In this document: piece by piece, positions 1-12,889 of the stretch | Numbering within the stretch: position 1 is the first letter of the stretch | Layout: every line of letters starts with the position of its first letter | Assembly (NCBI GenBank): GCA_028534125.1 | Contig: CM052816.1 | Coordinates: 86,306,001 to 86,370,000, forward strand | DNA: 64,000 nt | Reading direction: 5' to 3' | DNA from: Lama glama | Taxonomy: Eukaryota | Notes under the pieces: model-generated | Seen by the model: only the letters and a program-made list of their open reading frames with translations | Database searches by the model: none | What the model was told of the DNA's origin: nothing | Program-made: the position numbers and the translations under genes

Positions 1-439
1 TGGATTTTATGTCGTAGATAAAGAATCACTGAGATCACTTGTGTAATCCTAGAAAGAGAGGTTCCTATAGCCCATTTATGTGGAGAGAAATGTTACTCAT
101 TGGTCAATATACTGTAGAGGAAATAATAGTACAATGTTACCTTAATATCATTTACAAAAAGCCAAGAAACGTCTTGAATTCAGGTGTTGTAGCTTTAATT
201 GCTGACACTTTTTCCCTAGCTTTCTTATGTGCATTTGGATAAATTGGGAGAATAGCAACAACAGAGCCGAGGGTAAATTCTTTTCTTAGAAAACAATTAA
301 AGTGAATTATAAAGAAAATAAAATATTCTGTAAATCAAAAGCATTTCTCAGCTATTTTTATATTTGCATATTATCTTTCAAATATTGTCAATAGGGACAT
401 GCATATTTTATGGCTGAAAATAATAATGACCACATTATT

Positions 440-660
440 CTATAGTCTGCTTTTTAATGGTACTTTATATCACATGCATATGTTGCAAAATTTTTCATGA
501 TTATTTTAAAGACAGAATACTATGCTTCCAAGCTAATGCACCATAATTTACTTAATTTCTTTATTGTAAGACACTTTAGCTATTAGAGAATAGACCTCAG
601 GGAATAACCATGTGCATATTGCTTTTTTTTCTCCTCCAGACAAATTTCCAACATGAAATA
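440..660 (-). mobile_element. Old L1 (L1ME-like) 3' fragment
   Basis: Degenerate match to the antisense L1 3' region ('gaatactatgcttcc...caccataatttacttaatttctttattgtaagacactttagc'). Confidence 0.45.
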
Positions 661-1269
661 TTTATGACAATACACAAAGTGACATTGTAACTAGTTGAAG
701 GTGAGGAAAGGAGTGTTTAAAAATTAGACTGCAGTCTTAACGGAAGTGACTGTCAATGATAAATTGTCTAGGTACCAGGACAGAAATCCTGTCTCCTAAT
801 GCTATGTAGACGTTTAATGGTGAGCTCCCAGTGGCATGCATTACCTCTTCAGCACTCAGACTAGCTGTTGATGAAAGAGCCACAGAGATGTTTTTGATTT
901 AAATATCCATTCAAAATGTCATGAAATACTTTTAAGTACCTATCAAACCAATTTTTATCATCTTAACCTTCAGATGAAAATATTTGGGAACAAATACGAG
1001 AACACTCATCCTGAAACAAACATATGGATGGTATAAATTTTAGCAGGGCAAGCATTCATATTTTTAGAGTGAGCATTGTATACATGTAATAGAATTGGGG
1101 GATATTGTTTTATTATGGAAAACAATTGTTTTTACTCTGAAATAATACTGGAATTGAACTAACATTTTATCAAACACCCTTCCACTAGCTTGACTGCCTT
1201 ATAGTGCTTTCTTTCTCTTTCCCAACACAGGTACATTTCTCCACTGAAGAGCCAATCCTCTAATTAACC

Positions 1270-2130
1270 TTTTTCCTCACAATCACCCTCAGCCTTTGTG
1301 GTCTGGTTGCCGGCCCTACCATTTGACTGAAACCTCTCTGACAATAGGCAGCAATAACCTGTGTGTGTGGAAATCTAACGAACACTTTTCAGTTTTTGTT
1401 TGATTTGACCTCCCTACCACATCGGATATGCTTGATCACTTGCTCCAGATTTTATTTTCCCTTGGCTTCCATATAAAAAGTCTCTCCTCCTTGTCCTATA
1501 ACTTTGCTTTCTTTTTTTTTCCATTCCTTTTGGGTTGAAGCTCCCCTGAATCATGTCCTATCCAATTCCCTCTCATTTTATACTTCTGCCTGCTAACGGC
1601 TTGTTCATTTCATTACTTAAAAATTATCTCCTATATACTGATTCCATAACAGATTTCCTGTCCAAATCTATGTAGGGAGTAACAGATATATTGTAAAGTC
1701 CATTTTCTCTCTAGGTGAATAGCTTAAGCCTGTTTAAAACTGGACCTATTGCCTTGACAGGCTATTCTTATTCTAGTACTTGCTCTGATGAAAGGCACCA
1801 TCGTCTACTTAGTTAATCAGCCAGGATCACGTCATCCTCATCATCTTCCCTCATCCCGTACATCCAGTTAATTATTGTACACCATCTAAATATCGCTGTA
1901 ATCTTTTACTTTCACTCCATGCTCTCTAGTAGTCCTCCGCAGTGTCCTTTCATAAACTATTAAAATATCTTCTTAAATCATAGTCTGATAGTTGTTCTCT
2001 AATTCTGCTTCTTTGCAAGTTTCCTCCCCAGGCTCACCAAAGAGAATTTTCTAAAACATGCATTGGATGGAGTCACTCCCCTGTTGGATCCACTAAATGT
2101 GAATAACCTGCAGAAAAGAGTCCAAACTCT
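1270..2130 (+). mobile_element. L2 LINE fragment (RT region towards the 3' end)
   Basis: 'actgaaacctctctgacaataggcagcaataacctg...aaatctaacgaacacttttcagtttttgtttgatttgacctccc...atgcttgatcact' follows the L2 consensus 'actgaaactgctct...gtcaccaatgacctc...ccaaatccaatggacacttttcagtcctcatcttacttgacctc'. Confidence 0.75.
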
Positions 2131-2169
2131 CATAGGATCGATGTGTTTTTCATTCAGCCACCCTACCAT

Positions 2170-2690
2170 TCAGACATCATTCATTCAGCTGAGTCCCAGC
2201 AGTAAAGAAATATGGAGCTGCTCATCTCATGGATTTTATAGTCAAAGATGGAAGACTTAAGTTTAGCTAGCAATGACATGTGGAAGAAATGTGTGCCACA
2301 AAAACAGAAGCAAAGTTCCCATACAGGCCCATAAACAGAGGACCCAGAAATGCTTCAAGAGTCAGCCAAAGGCTTTATAATCAACCATCATTTGAAAGTG
2401 GCATATGAATTTTCCAATTGAAGGCAAGGAGAATGAAGGCAGTAGGTCATGGAGAATGTTGGGTGAAATGTCCCAAATAAGGGGAAGAGCATTAACCAAA
2501 CTCTGAGGCAAAGGAGAATATTTAGCTTTAGAAGGACCTTATGGTGGTGGTGGAGCACAGGGATTTCCCCTTCAGTAAAAAGGGCAAGGGAGAATAGGTG
2601 CAGACAGAATTTAGGAAGATTGCTGGGACAAGAACTTGGTAGGCCCCACTGTCACACGAAAGAGGTAACATGACCACATTTGTATTTTAA
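2170..2690 (-). mobile_element. L2 3' fragment, antisense
   Basis: Starts with a 'cattcattca' tail, followed by a purine-rich antisense L2 3' body ('ggggaagagcattaaccaaactctgaggcaaaggagaa'). Confidence 0.55.
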
Positions 2691-2739
2691 GAAAAATAAG
2701 CAAGGAAGCAAGCAACCAACACAGCATAAAATTCCTGGT

Positions 2740-3240
2740 TACCGGTATAACTGTAAGGCTCTTCATATTCAAGCTCCTGCCCATAGTCCCTGCATCACCT
2801 CCTTCCTCTCATCCCAGCGGCTTCTCTCCTCCAACCCCAAACGTCCCCCACCAAAGTCAACATGGCCTTTTTCTAGTATCTACTCTTTTGTGCCTCTACA
2901 TCAGTGTAAATCCTTTCTCTACTTCCTAAAATTTGCTTTTCCTCTTCTCAAACCATCAAAATCATCCTCATTCTGAAGAGTCAGCTCTAGAATATTCTCT
3001 TCCGTAAAGTCATCCTTGACTCTACTTTCATGCAACATATACAGAAGTCTATTTGAAGATATGCTACCCACTTTTGGATTTCCTGACCCTACATGAGAAT
3101 TTTAGTACCTCGAATAACTGAATGTATTTTTAACTCTTTATCTACTGCAGCTAGCATGGTACCTGGCACATTATGAAAAGAAGGAAATAAAGAAGGTAGG
3201 AGATGGGGAGGGAGAAAAATAGAGAGTTATTTGATAAATG
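2740..3240 (+). mobile_element. L2 3' fragment
   Basis: 'atcctcattctgaagagtcagctctagaatattctcttccgtaaagtcatccttgac' and the terminal 'gctagcatggtacctggcaca...atttgataaatg' are typical of the L2 3' end. Confidence 0.65.
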
Positions 3241-3739
3241 TGTGATATTCTCCTACAATTTCAATTACAATGGTAAAATACTGGAGTGGTAAAAAAAAGA
3301 CTTCCCATGAAAATAAGTAATCTCTACAGAATCCTTGACAGATGGTCATACAAACTTTGAACATCCAGTGTCTTGTGGCTCATTATTTCAAAATTAAACC
3401 ACTGTTTAAAATATTGAAATTTTAGAGCTGGCATTTACCTTATAACTCCTATCCATTATAACTAGTTCTTCTCCCCGAGGATATGTGAAGTAAGTGAAAG
3501 AATGTGTCTCTAGGTACTTGATGTTATTCAGTACATTTCTCCAGACAGTTGCTATTTCATAATACCTGGCATAGAATACAGCACTGATTAAGCATAATAT
3601 GAAAGCCATATTCAAGGTTAATGCTATCATATTATTCCATTGACCAACTGATCATGTTGGAGTCATCTCCATTTGCCCTTATTTCTTGAAGATTTGGGCC
3701 CTTAGTTTGTTGACATTTCTTTCCAATATTTCTGTCCTG

Positions 3740-3960
3740 AATGGTGATGATTTTTAATATCCCTAGTGGTGATCTTTTTAATATTCTGGAGTTTGTATTT
3801 TCTACTCCAAAGAATTATCACAAAAACTCTGCCATCCACACTACTCATGATCACACCTGAGAACTTTGTTACCAATAACAGATAATCTGCCACAACCTCA
3901 AATTTAAGAATTTTGTTCTCACAACTATCTGCTCCTCTTATTTCTCTAAGAAGCTGGACC
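3740..3960 (+). mobile_element. L2 ORF2 endonuclease-region fragment
   Basis: 'ccacactactcatgatcacacctgagaactttgttaccaataac' resembles the L2 'pTH..GHTLDLVITN' coding segment. Confidence 0.5.
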
Positions 3961-4004
3961 TCAGTAATTTTTTGACTCCAAAGAGATAAACAATCCATTG
4001 AATT

Positions 4005-4242
4005 TTAGAGCCCTTATAACAAAAGACACCAAAGAGCTTGCTTCCTATCTTTCTTCTGCCATATGAGCACGCAATAGAAAAGTCTACCATCTGCAAGCCA
4101 AGAAGAGAGACTCACCAAAACCTGACCATGCTGACCCGTTGAGCTTGGAATTCCAACCTTCAGAACCACAGGGAGATCAATTTCTGTTGTGTAAGCCACC
4201 CAGTTATGGTATTCTGTTATGGCAGCCAGAGCTGACCAAGAC
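4005..4242 (+). mobile_element. MaLR LTR (MLT1A/B-like), 3' half
   Basis: 'ccatctgcaagccaagaagagagactcacc...tttctgttgtgtaagccacccagttatggtattctgttatggcagccagagctgaccaagaca' is a canonical MLT1 LTR 3' end. Confidence 0.85.
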
Positions 4243-4381
4243 AGTACTGCACTTCACAATATATGAGATGATTTAAAAAATGTATTATGTTCTATGATAA
4301 GGTGTAACTTTTCTTTTCTCCTTATGTCACTATTTTATTTTTATCAAACTTCTTAAAAAATTGCTTTCATATTTTCATACC

Positions 4382-4382
<1 letters not shown>

Positions 4383-4447
<65 letters not shown>

Positions 4448-4472
4448 TTCCTTTCTTTCTTTCTTTCTTTCT
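4383..4472. repeat. (TTTC)n microsatellite with a short (TTCC) interruption
   Basis: Seen directly. Confidence 0.97.
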
Positions 4473-5349
4473 GTCCTGGCCTACTTCCCTAAAGATTTTC
4501 TCCATTTTGTCTTGAAACTCTGCTTCCCTTCTCAAAAACTAGAGCATATGGTTGTTTATTTTAAGAAACTTACTATTTCTTATCTATTTGTGTGATAATT
4601 CTGCCTTTATTACTGAGAAATTTTTTGACAGTATCAGACAGGAAAACAAAGATAGTGTTGATTGAAGGTCACTTACTGCTTTCATCAGAATCTATACTTC
4701 CTGGATCTCAAATTGAGCAATGATTTTCTTGGTCCCTTCTGAAAACAGCACTTGTAAATTGCCACTCCAAATTATCTGTACTTCACATCCTTTTGTCAGT
4801 AAATTCATGCTGAAGAAGAATTCTGATATGTACCTTTATGCACTGATGTATTATCTGATTCATTTAACAAAAATACTTTAATACTTATCTATATCTAACA
4901 ATGGAAATCTTGTTGTTATCACTTTCTCTTATTAAAATGCAATGTTTATCTACAAGTAAGGATCAGTAATTCACCAATATTTCATTTAGTTCTGTGTAAC
5001 TAACCAGCAATATTCATGGATTCTCTCCTTGTCCTGTCTTTATGCTCTCTAGAGCTAAAAAATAAGATTCACTAAAAAATAAAAGATAATATACTATGGA
5101 AGCCAATATTTATTTCTTTCAGTGCAGTTCAGCAGGATTTTAACATTGATTTGATTTTTAATTATTGTATTAAACTACTTCATTCAGTGCTTCAAGGTTA
5201 ATTCCTTCCTATTCTATCACTTATATTTTTTCAAGGGGTTTGGGCACTATTAAAATTTTGAAAAATGTAAATATTTTAACACATACACCTCTCATTCACT
5301 CCATTTACCTTATGAATGGATTCAACAAGCTTTAAATAACATTATTTGA

Positions 5350-5990
5350 TGATTCATTAGATTTTACTCATTGATCAAAATTTATTGACTAACTAATCCT
5401 ACCAAGTGTTGTTCTTTTCTTGTCCTCAAACAGGTTAGAATACAATGAGTAAAAAAAATGTAGATAAAGGTGGATTTAAAACAGTGAAATAATATTAGGT
5501 TGAAGTAATATAGGATAAATAATATGAATAAACAGAGCTTTAAGGAGCACTGCCAATATTCAAGTATGCCTATTGCATAAAGTGTAAATGGAGAGGAAAC
5601 AGAGAAATGATAAGAGATGATGTTGAAGATATTTTTAAAAAGAGAGACTTTAAAGAGACATTATTCCATAATCATTTCTAATGTAACACTAGGCCATAGA
5701 ATGTTATATTGAAAGCAGTAGATAATTATTGAGTGTTTTCTAACAGGAACGTAGCATAATTATATGCACATTTTAAAGAGTCACTACAACCATAATGTGA
5801 AGAATACATTATAGACAAACTAGTCTGGATGAAAGTTACCAGCAGTGAAAATAAAATTGCAGTCAGTAAAAAGTCATACCTAAAGGTGGTGTGAAGTCTG
5901 CTGGTGGTAGGTAGTGCAGATGGAGAGAAGTAAGATGTAAGGAATATTAAAATGCAGTAAATAATTTAGCAATATTGTTAATGATTGAAG
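5350..5990 (-). mobile_element. L2 3' fragment, antisense
   Basis: Tail 'ttcattagattttactcattgatcaaaatttattgact', then 'attattgagtgttttctaacaggaacgtagcataattatatgcacattttaaagagtcact' and 'gtagtgcagatggagagaagt'. Confidence 0.7.
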
Positions 5991-6019
5991 AGAAGGGCAG
6001 TCTCAACAGGGCAACTGAA

Positions 6020-6665
6020 TCAATCTGAATAACCAACTGAAAATTTCAAAACTGAAGATGACAATGTAGAATATGAAAATTTTACTGGATGAGCATAACA
6101 GCTAATTGGAGGCTACAAATGAAAAATAAACTTAGGGGGAGATTAATAGAAATGATCAAATCTGAAGCATAATCAAAAATATAATGTTTTGAAAGCAAGG
6201 AACAAGGTTTCATTTTGGGTGATACCAAGCATTATAACAAAAGTGGAATCTCAAAAATAAAATTGTGCAGAAAAAAATTTTTTTAAATATTGGCTAAATA
6301 ATTCACACATTTTTTTTTAAAAAAAAATAAAGCCTACATATCCAAAAGCTTGACCAATTCCTAAGGATAAATTTTTTTAAAAACATATTAGGTATATAAT
6401 AATTAACATGTTGGAAGCCAACTTAAAAAAAAAAAGGCAAACAATGAATAAGCCATACTAAATACAAGGAAACAACAATTTTAATGAAAGCTTCATTTTC
6501 ATTGAAAAAGTTCAGAAGACAATGAGATAACATCTATAAAGCAGAAAAAGGGGAAAAAAAGAGTCGATATAAAATTCTATAAAAACCTTAAATTTAAATT
6601 TAAATTCATTATATTTCAGATGAGTGAAAGCACAGAGAATTTTTTCCCTACTGACATGCAGAGGA
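6020..6665 (+). mobile_element. Old L1/HAL1 ORF1-type fragment
   Basis: A-rich; 'aaaattttactggatgagcataacagctaattggag...atagaaatgatcaaatctgaagca' and 'cctacatatccaaaagcttgaccaattcc' match ancient L1 ORF1. Confidence 0.65.
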
Positions 6666-6674
6666 AGAAATACC

Positions 6675-7270
6675 AGGAAAAAAAAAATCAAAGTAAACCC
6701 AAAGAAGTAGGAGGAAAGAAATAATAAAGGAAAAGAAAAAGAAAATGAAAGAAAATCAATGAAACAATAAGCTTATTTTTGAAATTACTAATAAAACTAA
6801 TAAATCTATAGATACATTCATCAAGGCTAGAAAGAGAAAAATGTAAATTGGTAATAACAGGACTGAAAGAGGAAACATCTTCATGAATCCTAGCAGTATA
6901 AAAAAAATGTGGAAATATTATAAAAATATTAATGCCAATAAATTAGAAACACAGAAGGAATGATGCATTCCTTGAGTACACAAATTATCAAAATTGATTC
7001 CAGAAGGAAGAGTAAATCTAAACAATCTTGTATTTATTAAAAAATTAAATTCATAATAAAACACTTTCCTCCTATAGGAAAAAATGTGTAATTTTCTATA
7101 GATGACTTTGCTTATGAATTTTTTTCAACCATTTAAAGAAGAAATACTATAAGCCCTATGCAAATATTTTGAGAAAATGTAAGAGGAAGAAATTTTTGAA
7201 ATTAATTTTAGGAGGGTAACATTACTTTGATACAAAAACCAAATGAAGAACAGAGAAAGGGAAAATTCAT
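6675..7270 (+). mobile_element. Old L1 ORF2 fragment (between EN and RT)
   Basis: 'aaaatcaatgaaacaataagcttattttttgaaa', 'aatgccaataaattagaaac', 'caaccatttaaagaagaaatac' and 'cattactttgatacaaaaacc' are decayed KINETKSWFFEK / YANK / FYQTFKEE / ITLIPKP motifs. Confidence 0.85.
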
Positions 7271-7299
7271 ACAAGTTTTGCAAAAACATGCATTATATA

Positions 7300-7870
7300 G
7301 GTAGATGTTTGTGAGTATGACAGAAGAAGAATTGAATCGGGGAGATGGAATAATGTGGATGAAAACAATTTAATAATAATAAGAGTGAATCCCCACAGAT
7401 TTTGAGGCTAATGTTCTCTGGGAGGGAGAATATGTTAACTCTGATTCGAAGAAGTGCAAACGGATTTAAATAAACGATAAAACTGAAGATATAGCTGACA
7501 CAAGTTTGGAGGTCAAAGAGGAAAAAGAGAGGTGAACGGGAAGTCTGGGCAACAAATATCCTCCTTTACATAGTCCAAAGTCAAAAGAAATTATCTTGAT
7601 AGGACAAAATTAAAAAAAAATAGAACCTTATATTTTGAGGAGAGAAGAACTAGAAACAATATCCTATTTAATAATATATTGGATGAAAGAAAGTATCAAA
7701 TAACAAGTAATGCCTAAAATGAATAATTCAAGAGTAATCAAAATAGCATCTATAAGAATTAATAACAAACTGTTGAATACATTTGCCTCGTGGGAGTGCT
7801 GTATGTTTGAAAAGAAAGAACTTTGAAATTACTTTTAAGCCATTCTAAGATAGTTGCCTTTTTCAGGAGA
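7300..7870 (+). mobile_element. HAL1-like or old L1 3' region
   Basis: 'aatatcctcctttacatagtccaaagtcaaaagaaattatc' and 'tttgcctcgtgggag' resemble the HAL1 3' consensus as I recall it. Confidence 0.45.
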
Positions 7871-8899
7871 AAAAAAAAAAAGCCTATATTTTAAGATTAA
7901 AGAAAACAATGAAACAGGATTCTGGCAGAAACTGAAAAAAATGCTAGATGATACCAGAATGAGGATATATGCCAATCAGCCAATCAGTCAACCATTAGAG
8001 TAGCACCTGTCTTTTATTTTCAGGGGTTCGTGTTAAAAGAAAAAGAGCATAACACAATTACTTGTTGAACAGTTATTTATTGAAGAAGTTTTCCACCTAA
8101 CCCAGCAGGGCATATGCCTGCACACATACAAACACATACATGCATATCCTCACAAACCACATACAAGTTGAATATACTTTATGACCTCTAAGAGTATATT
8201 GCCCTGAACAGAATCAAATGTGTTGCACTGTGATACTGGGATATTCTCAATGAAAAGAAGAGAACCCCAGAAGCTTTCTGCGGAACAGTTGTGTATTTTT
8301 TAATTATACATCTTAATATTAATCAACATTTAAAAGGTTTGAATATAAACATTTAAATTACTACTCTAAGTGATAATTTCTAAATAACCTGAAAATAGTA
8401 GCTTTTCAAGTTTCACAAATACTCACATAAGATGCATTTCGAGTATGCCCCTCTTCCCAGCCAGCTGTGCCAAAGAGTACCAATAAAAAGAGCTGCTTTT
8501 CTATTTTGATAGGTATGTTTGTCCATTTTGGTCGGACCAATGTTCTCATGGTTTATTTTATTTTTCAAGACATCTCAGTTAGAACGTCAGCAGACACCCT
8601 GCAAGACTCAGGAAACCACCCACACCCAGCTGCTTTCCAAAGAAATTCTTACAAGAGTGAAAAAGCAGCTAAACCTTAAACAAAGGCTAATATATTTTTT
8701 GAGAGCCAAGATATGAATCAAGTGCAAAAATCTATGAGAGCATTTTTCTTTATTCCAAAGAAATGAGTGATTCCATTATACTTATTAGACTGTTTTTAGA
8801 CAGTTGCTATTGTTTCAGATTAGACAGAAAGCATTTCATAAAAATAAGGGTTATGTATTTTGTATGTTTATCAGATAGCTGACAGATCAGTCCAACATC

Positions 8900-9150
8900 A
8901 CTTTTGTCCATAAAATCTCCCAGAGTGATTTTTCAGGTCAGTTCACATCATGAATCCATTTCCGTTCAGCACCTCCTCATTGCATTCAAGTTCATACTTT
9001 TAATATGACTGTATGTACTTCATGATCTCTTACCTGTGTTTCACTCTTGTTCTTGCTTCTAGTCTTACTTTTACGCTCTCTCTTCATATCTCTGACTTCT
9101 CCCCATCCCTGAGCCTAATAACTCTTTAGCCCCTCACATGAGCTGGATGA
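8900..9150 (+). mobile_element. L2 fragment
   Basis: 'ccagagtgatttttcaggtcagttcacatcatg...cagcacctcctcattgcattcaagttcatactttaatatgactgtatgtacttcatgatct'. Confidence 0.6.
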
Positions 9151-10339
9151 AACCCTTAAACCTTTCTAGATTGGAGATGGACACAAATGCTGAGGTTCAG
9201 TAAAATCACTGTCTGTATGTTTTAGCAATATCTAACCAACTAGATGCCCAAATGATGAGGGAAGCAAGGACGCAAAATAGGAGACTGGCACCCTATGGCC
9301 TCTCTCTTACTAAGCAAAGACCTTCAGACATTTGGTGATTATGGTGATTGAAGTAAACAGACAGAAGAATTGGCTTTTTTGGAAAGGCCAGGATGACTTT
9401 GCACAGTCCATTAAAACAAATCATTTATTTACATCTACACAAAGAACTTTACTGAATCCCTAAACAGTTCCAACTAGGTATGTCTTATCATAAACAAATA
9501 TTTAACTGTCTACTTTATCAAAGTCCAAACTCAATGAACGGGGGGTGAGGTTACCTATCACACTATCTAGCAGAGCAACCAGCATTAGCAAGCACTCAAC
9601 AGTTATATGTTCATATACCCTGCGTGTTTCTCAGAGACCTACTACATATCAAGCTGTTACTGGAAAATGAACAGAGAATAAGAGGCGATATCTTGGTAAA
9701 ATCCTCTCTCTCACAAATTAAAAAAAAAAAAGAAAGAAAAATCCTCCAGGCAATAACAACTGATTACACATAAGCAAGAATTAAAGAAAAAAATGGAACC
9801 CTCATGTGCAATAGAAGGCGGAAGACAAAGGAGGAACATCTACAGCCTACGGAGAACTTCAGACTGTGATGCAACTATCATGTCCCCAGCTGAAATACCG
9901 AACTTGTGTCAGACAGAAGAAAGGCAATTAGAACAACAACGAAATCAAAAGAATGCAACTTTTTGGTGCCTATCTGAAGAAAATCATCAGAGAAATACTC
10001 TTATTGAAAATAGATTTGAATTAAGAACATGGATTTCATCAGGGAAAATGAAAGGGGAGGAAAGCGATGGTGGTAATCAATGAGTCTTGAAAGGTATTTA
10101 GTTAACTGTAAACGGATGAATGTACAATATAAACAGGAGGCAGGATTCTTGAGGAAAAAAAAAGCATACAGAAGAGAAAAACTAGTAATACCCTGAAACT
10201 AAAATAAAATACGATCCTAGCACAAAATAAGAAATTAGAAGAAGGATTCCTTTGGTAAGGAGATGGATGAGATTGTTAAAACTAAATTTCTCTAAAGACT
10301 TTATCTCATTTCATAGCATTTCCCCCAATAATTTTTACT

Positions 10340-10600
10340 CCTCGTTAGTCATGCATGTTCTTCATTGCTTCGTATGTGAGCAGAGTATTCTTGTCAGAGA
10401 CAATAAAACTAAATAGTAGGCACAACTTCTGCTGCTGAATGGTTGTCAGATGATGGTGGGGAAAAACATATTTTTAAACAAAGAACAGAGAAACATTCAG
10501 GAAGCCGTGAACTTTAGAAGTGGCTTTGTGCATTCCAAAAGGGAGACCGAGAAGACAGATGTTTTCCGGAGAGAGATCGGTAGAAAGCGGGGAGGAGGAG
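10340..10600 (-). mobile_element. L2 3' fragment, antisense
   Basis: 'atgttcttcattgcttcgtatgtgagcagagtattc...aaatagtaggcacaacttctgctgctgaatgg' resembles an antisense L2 terminus. Confidence 0.45.
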
Positions 10601-10785
10601 TAATTTGTTAATAAGGTTGAGTTTATTGTTTTAGGTTTAGTCTTAGCTCTCTGCTGTTTCCTGGAAGCATGGCCATCAGAGAAGCACTACCAGCTGCCAC
10701 CGCAGACTCCTGAAGCAACTGTGGAATAGCAAATAGCTCAACTGTCCCTGAGAAAGTGCCAGTTTGCTTCTCTCTCCAACCTCCC

Positions 10786-10787
<2 letters not shown>

Positions 10788-10823
<36 letters not shown>
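10788..10823. repeat. (AC)18 microsatellite
   Basis: Perfect dinucleotide run, seen directly. Confidence 0.98.
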
Positions 10824-10825
<2 letters not shown>

Positions 10826-12559
10826 CAGATTTACTGAATTTTTTTTAAATTAGAAGAATATAAATGCACTTTTTTCCTTACTATATCAAAGTCTAATATG
10901 TATCTGCATAAGAAAAAATAATTCTCTCTTTAGCTAGATAAACTGAACATATCTCTGCGTCAGAGAAAGGATTTAGGTCTCAGTGCCCTGCTGCAAACAT
11001 AGTCATTAGACTCCAAGGATAATTAAGCAGTTTTCAAATCCACTGGGAAAGAGTGGGATCAAATGTACCCCCAGCTGGCATGGGGAACTGGGAACTGGCA
11101 TCTGTGGCTTATAATTCCACCCGTTATGTTGTAAGGAAGAATGCTCATACTCTTTTAGGGTCTATTTTCAATTGATCATTGTCTCTTTTCAATTGTTTCA
11201 TTTAGAAGCCTTGTAATTAACCTTCACCTAGAGGTTTCATTTGCTGAAATGGATGGCATATTTTTGGCTGTGTTGTGTTGAGGAGTAGAATAGATCAATA
11301 TAATCAATAAGATTAAAATAGAATGTATTCAAATTGCTCAATGTAATTGGACATATTTGACATGTCTTAGCATATTAATGATGAGATTGAGGAAATAAGT
11401 TAATTTCAATTTATAATAATAATGAAAGAACAAATTAAATGAAAAACAAGCTACCCAGGGGAAAAAAAATCATGCAGAGCTTTCTTTTGCCTCGCTAAAT
11501 CGAGGTGACAACTGTGCTGGGACCTTCAGTACACTTGTTATCACTGCCATCACTATCACTGGGTCACCTTGTCAAACATCACATTAGTTACACACATTTC
11601 TGTAGAGACTGCAATAATCAGTATACATCCAGACAGGTTTCACTGTCATCTCTCCAAAATGGTTATTGACAAAATGGAAGCAATTCAATGCATTGGCCAA
11701 GCTTAGAACCTTCACAGTTCAATCAGTAGGGGAGAAAAAGAGATATCCTTGATGCTTCTAAGCAAACTTGGATAGAAGAAATAGCAAAGTGACTAGTAAT
11801 AACTACCTATGTAGCTAATAAAAATTATGCATATTTTCTGTGCAATTTGTCCCCATAGGTAATGGAGGTGAAGTTGGAAGATGCAGGTCAGTTATTTCAC
11901 CTATGAGCCAGAAAAGAAACCTACTGAGCACTTAAGGTCTGTGGACACTTCCTCCTGTGGATACATTTTGGTAAAATGAGGTTCGCCCACCTAGCCCTCT
12001 TGTTCTCTCCTTTCTCTGTTACTTGGGAAAAGGTAACGTCAGAAACAGTGAATCAATCAACAGATAAATTAAATGAACCAATATTAGGCCAATTCATTAA
12101 TTCTGCAAAACATTCTTCTCTCATTTGTCATTTCGTGGTAGCATTAGAGTTGATGCAATGGAGAGAGAATAATGAAGTAATAAAAATGGGGGGAAAAACA
12201 ATGTATGGCTAAAACAAGGTATGGCTAAAATAATTCTGGCTATAATTTGGAAATAACCCTCATCAAATGAGAGAGAAATTTCCAGATAAATCATCAGATG
12301 TCTTAAAAAATTCACCATTTCTCCTCATTTATAAAGTAATAAGACAAATGCAAGTAAGCAAAAAAATGAGAAAAAGAAAAAAAGGAGTAAAACCTGGAAT
12401 GTTCTCATATTTTTCCTGCTATTAGAATGAACCGGTTTTGTGTTATTAATAAACCCAAACAGATTTTCCTAGTATCACTCCCATGTCACAATGTGTTGAC
12501 ACATTATGTATTTTCTAACACATTTGGAATGCTAGGTTTCCCTGGTGAATCTTAGTGTC

Positions 12560-12680
12560 TCAGAGGATGAAAACAAAGTCTGAACACTGTCAGAATCATC
12601 CAAATCTGCTCTAATTTAGAGACTCAATGGACTACCCAATTGTCTTGAGATGTTCATTATATGAGAAGAAATAAACCTTT
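12560..12680 (+). mobile_element. Old MaLR LTR (MLT1H-J-like) 3' fragment
   Basis: 'tggactacccaattgtcttgagatgttcattatatgagaagaaataaacc' resembles the MLT1 polyA-signal region. Confidence 0.4.
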
Positions 12681-12889
12681 TTTTTCCTCAATTTTTACTT
12701 ATTTAATTATTTACCTTTCCTTTTGGCATATTTCTGTTACATTTGCCTTTGCTCTTCTTCCCTAGGTCATATAACCAAAATAAATAACAGGGAATGGGAG
12801 AGTTTAAAAATCAGGGAAATACAAAGAAAACATTTAATTATATTATAGAATATTAGATTATTTACTGCTACTAGTTTTTATGAACTTAC

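Noticed and set aside
4353..4535. ORF with KERK repeats
   Set aside because: It is the translation of the (TTTC)n microsatellite.
8965..8985. REST/RE1 site (TTCAGCACC)
   Set aside because: Only the left half is present, with no GGACAG right half, and it lies in an L2 fragment. The partial ACGGACA matches at about 54192 and 54489 lack the left half.
9793..10083. 96-aa ATG-initiated ORF in unique-looking sequence
   Set aside because: No recognisable domain, convincing splice context or promoter. This length is expected by chance in 64 kb.
10623..10823. ORF starting MCVCVCVC
   Set aside because: It starts in the (AC)n repeat, and the rest resembles no protein I recognise.
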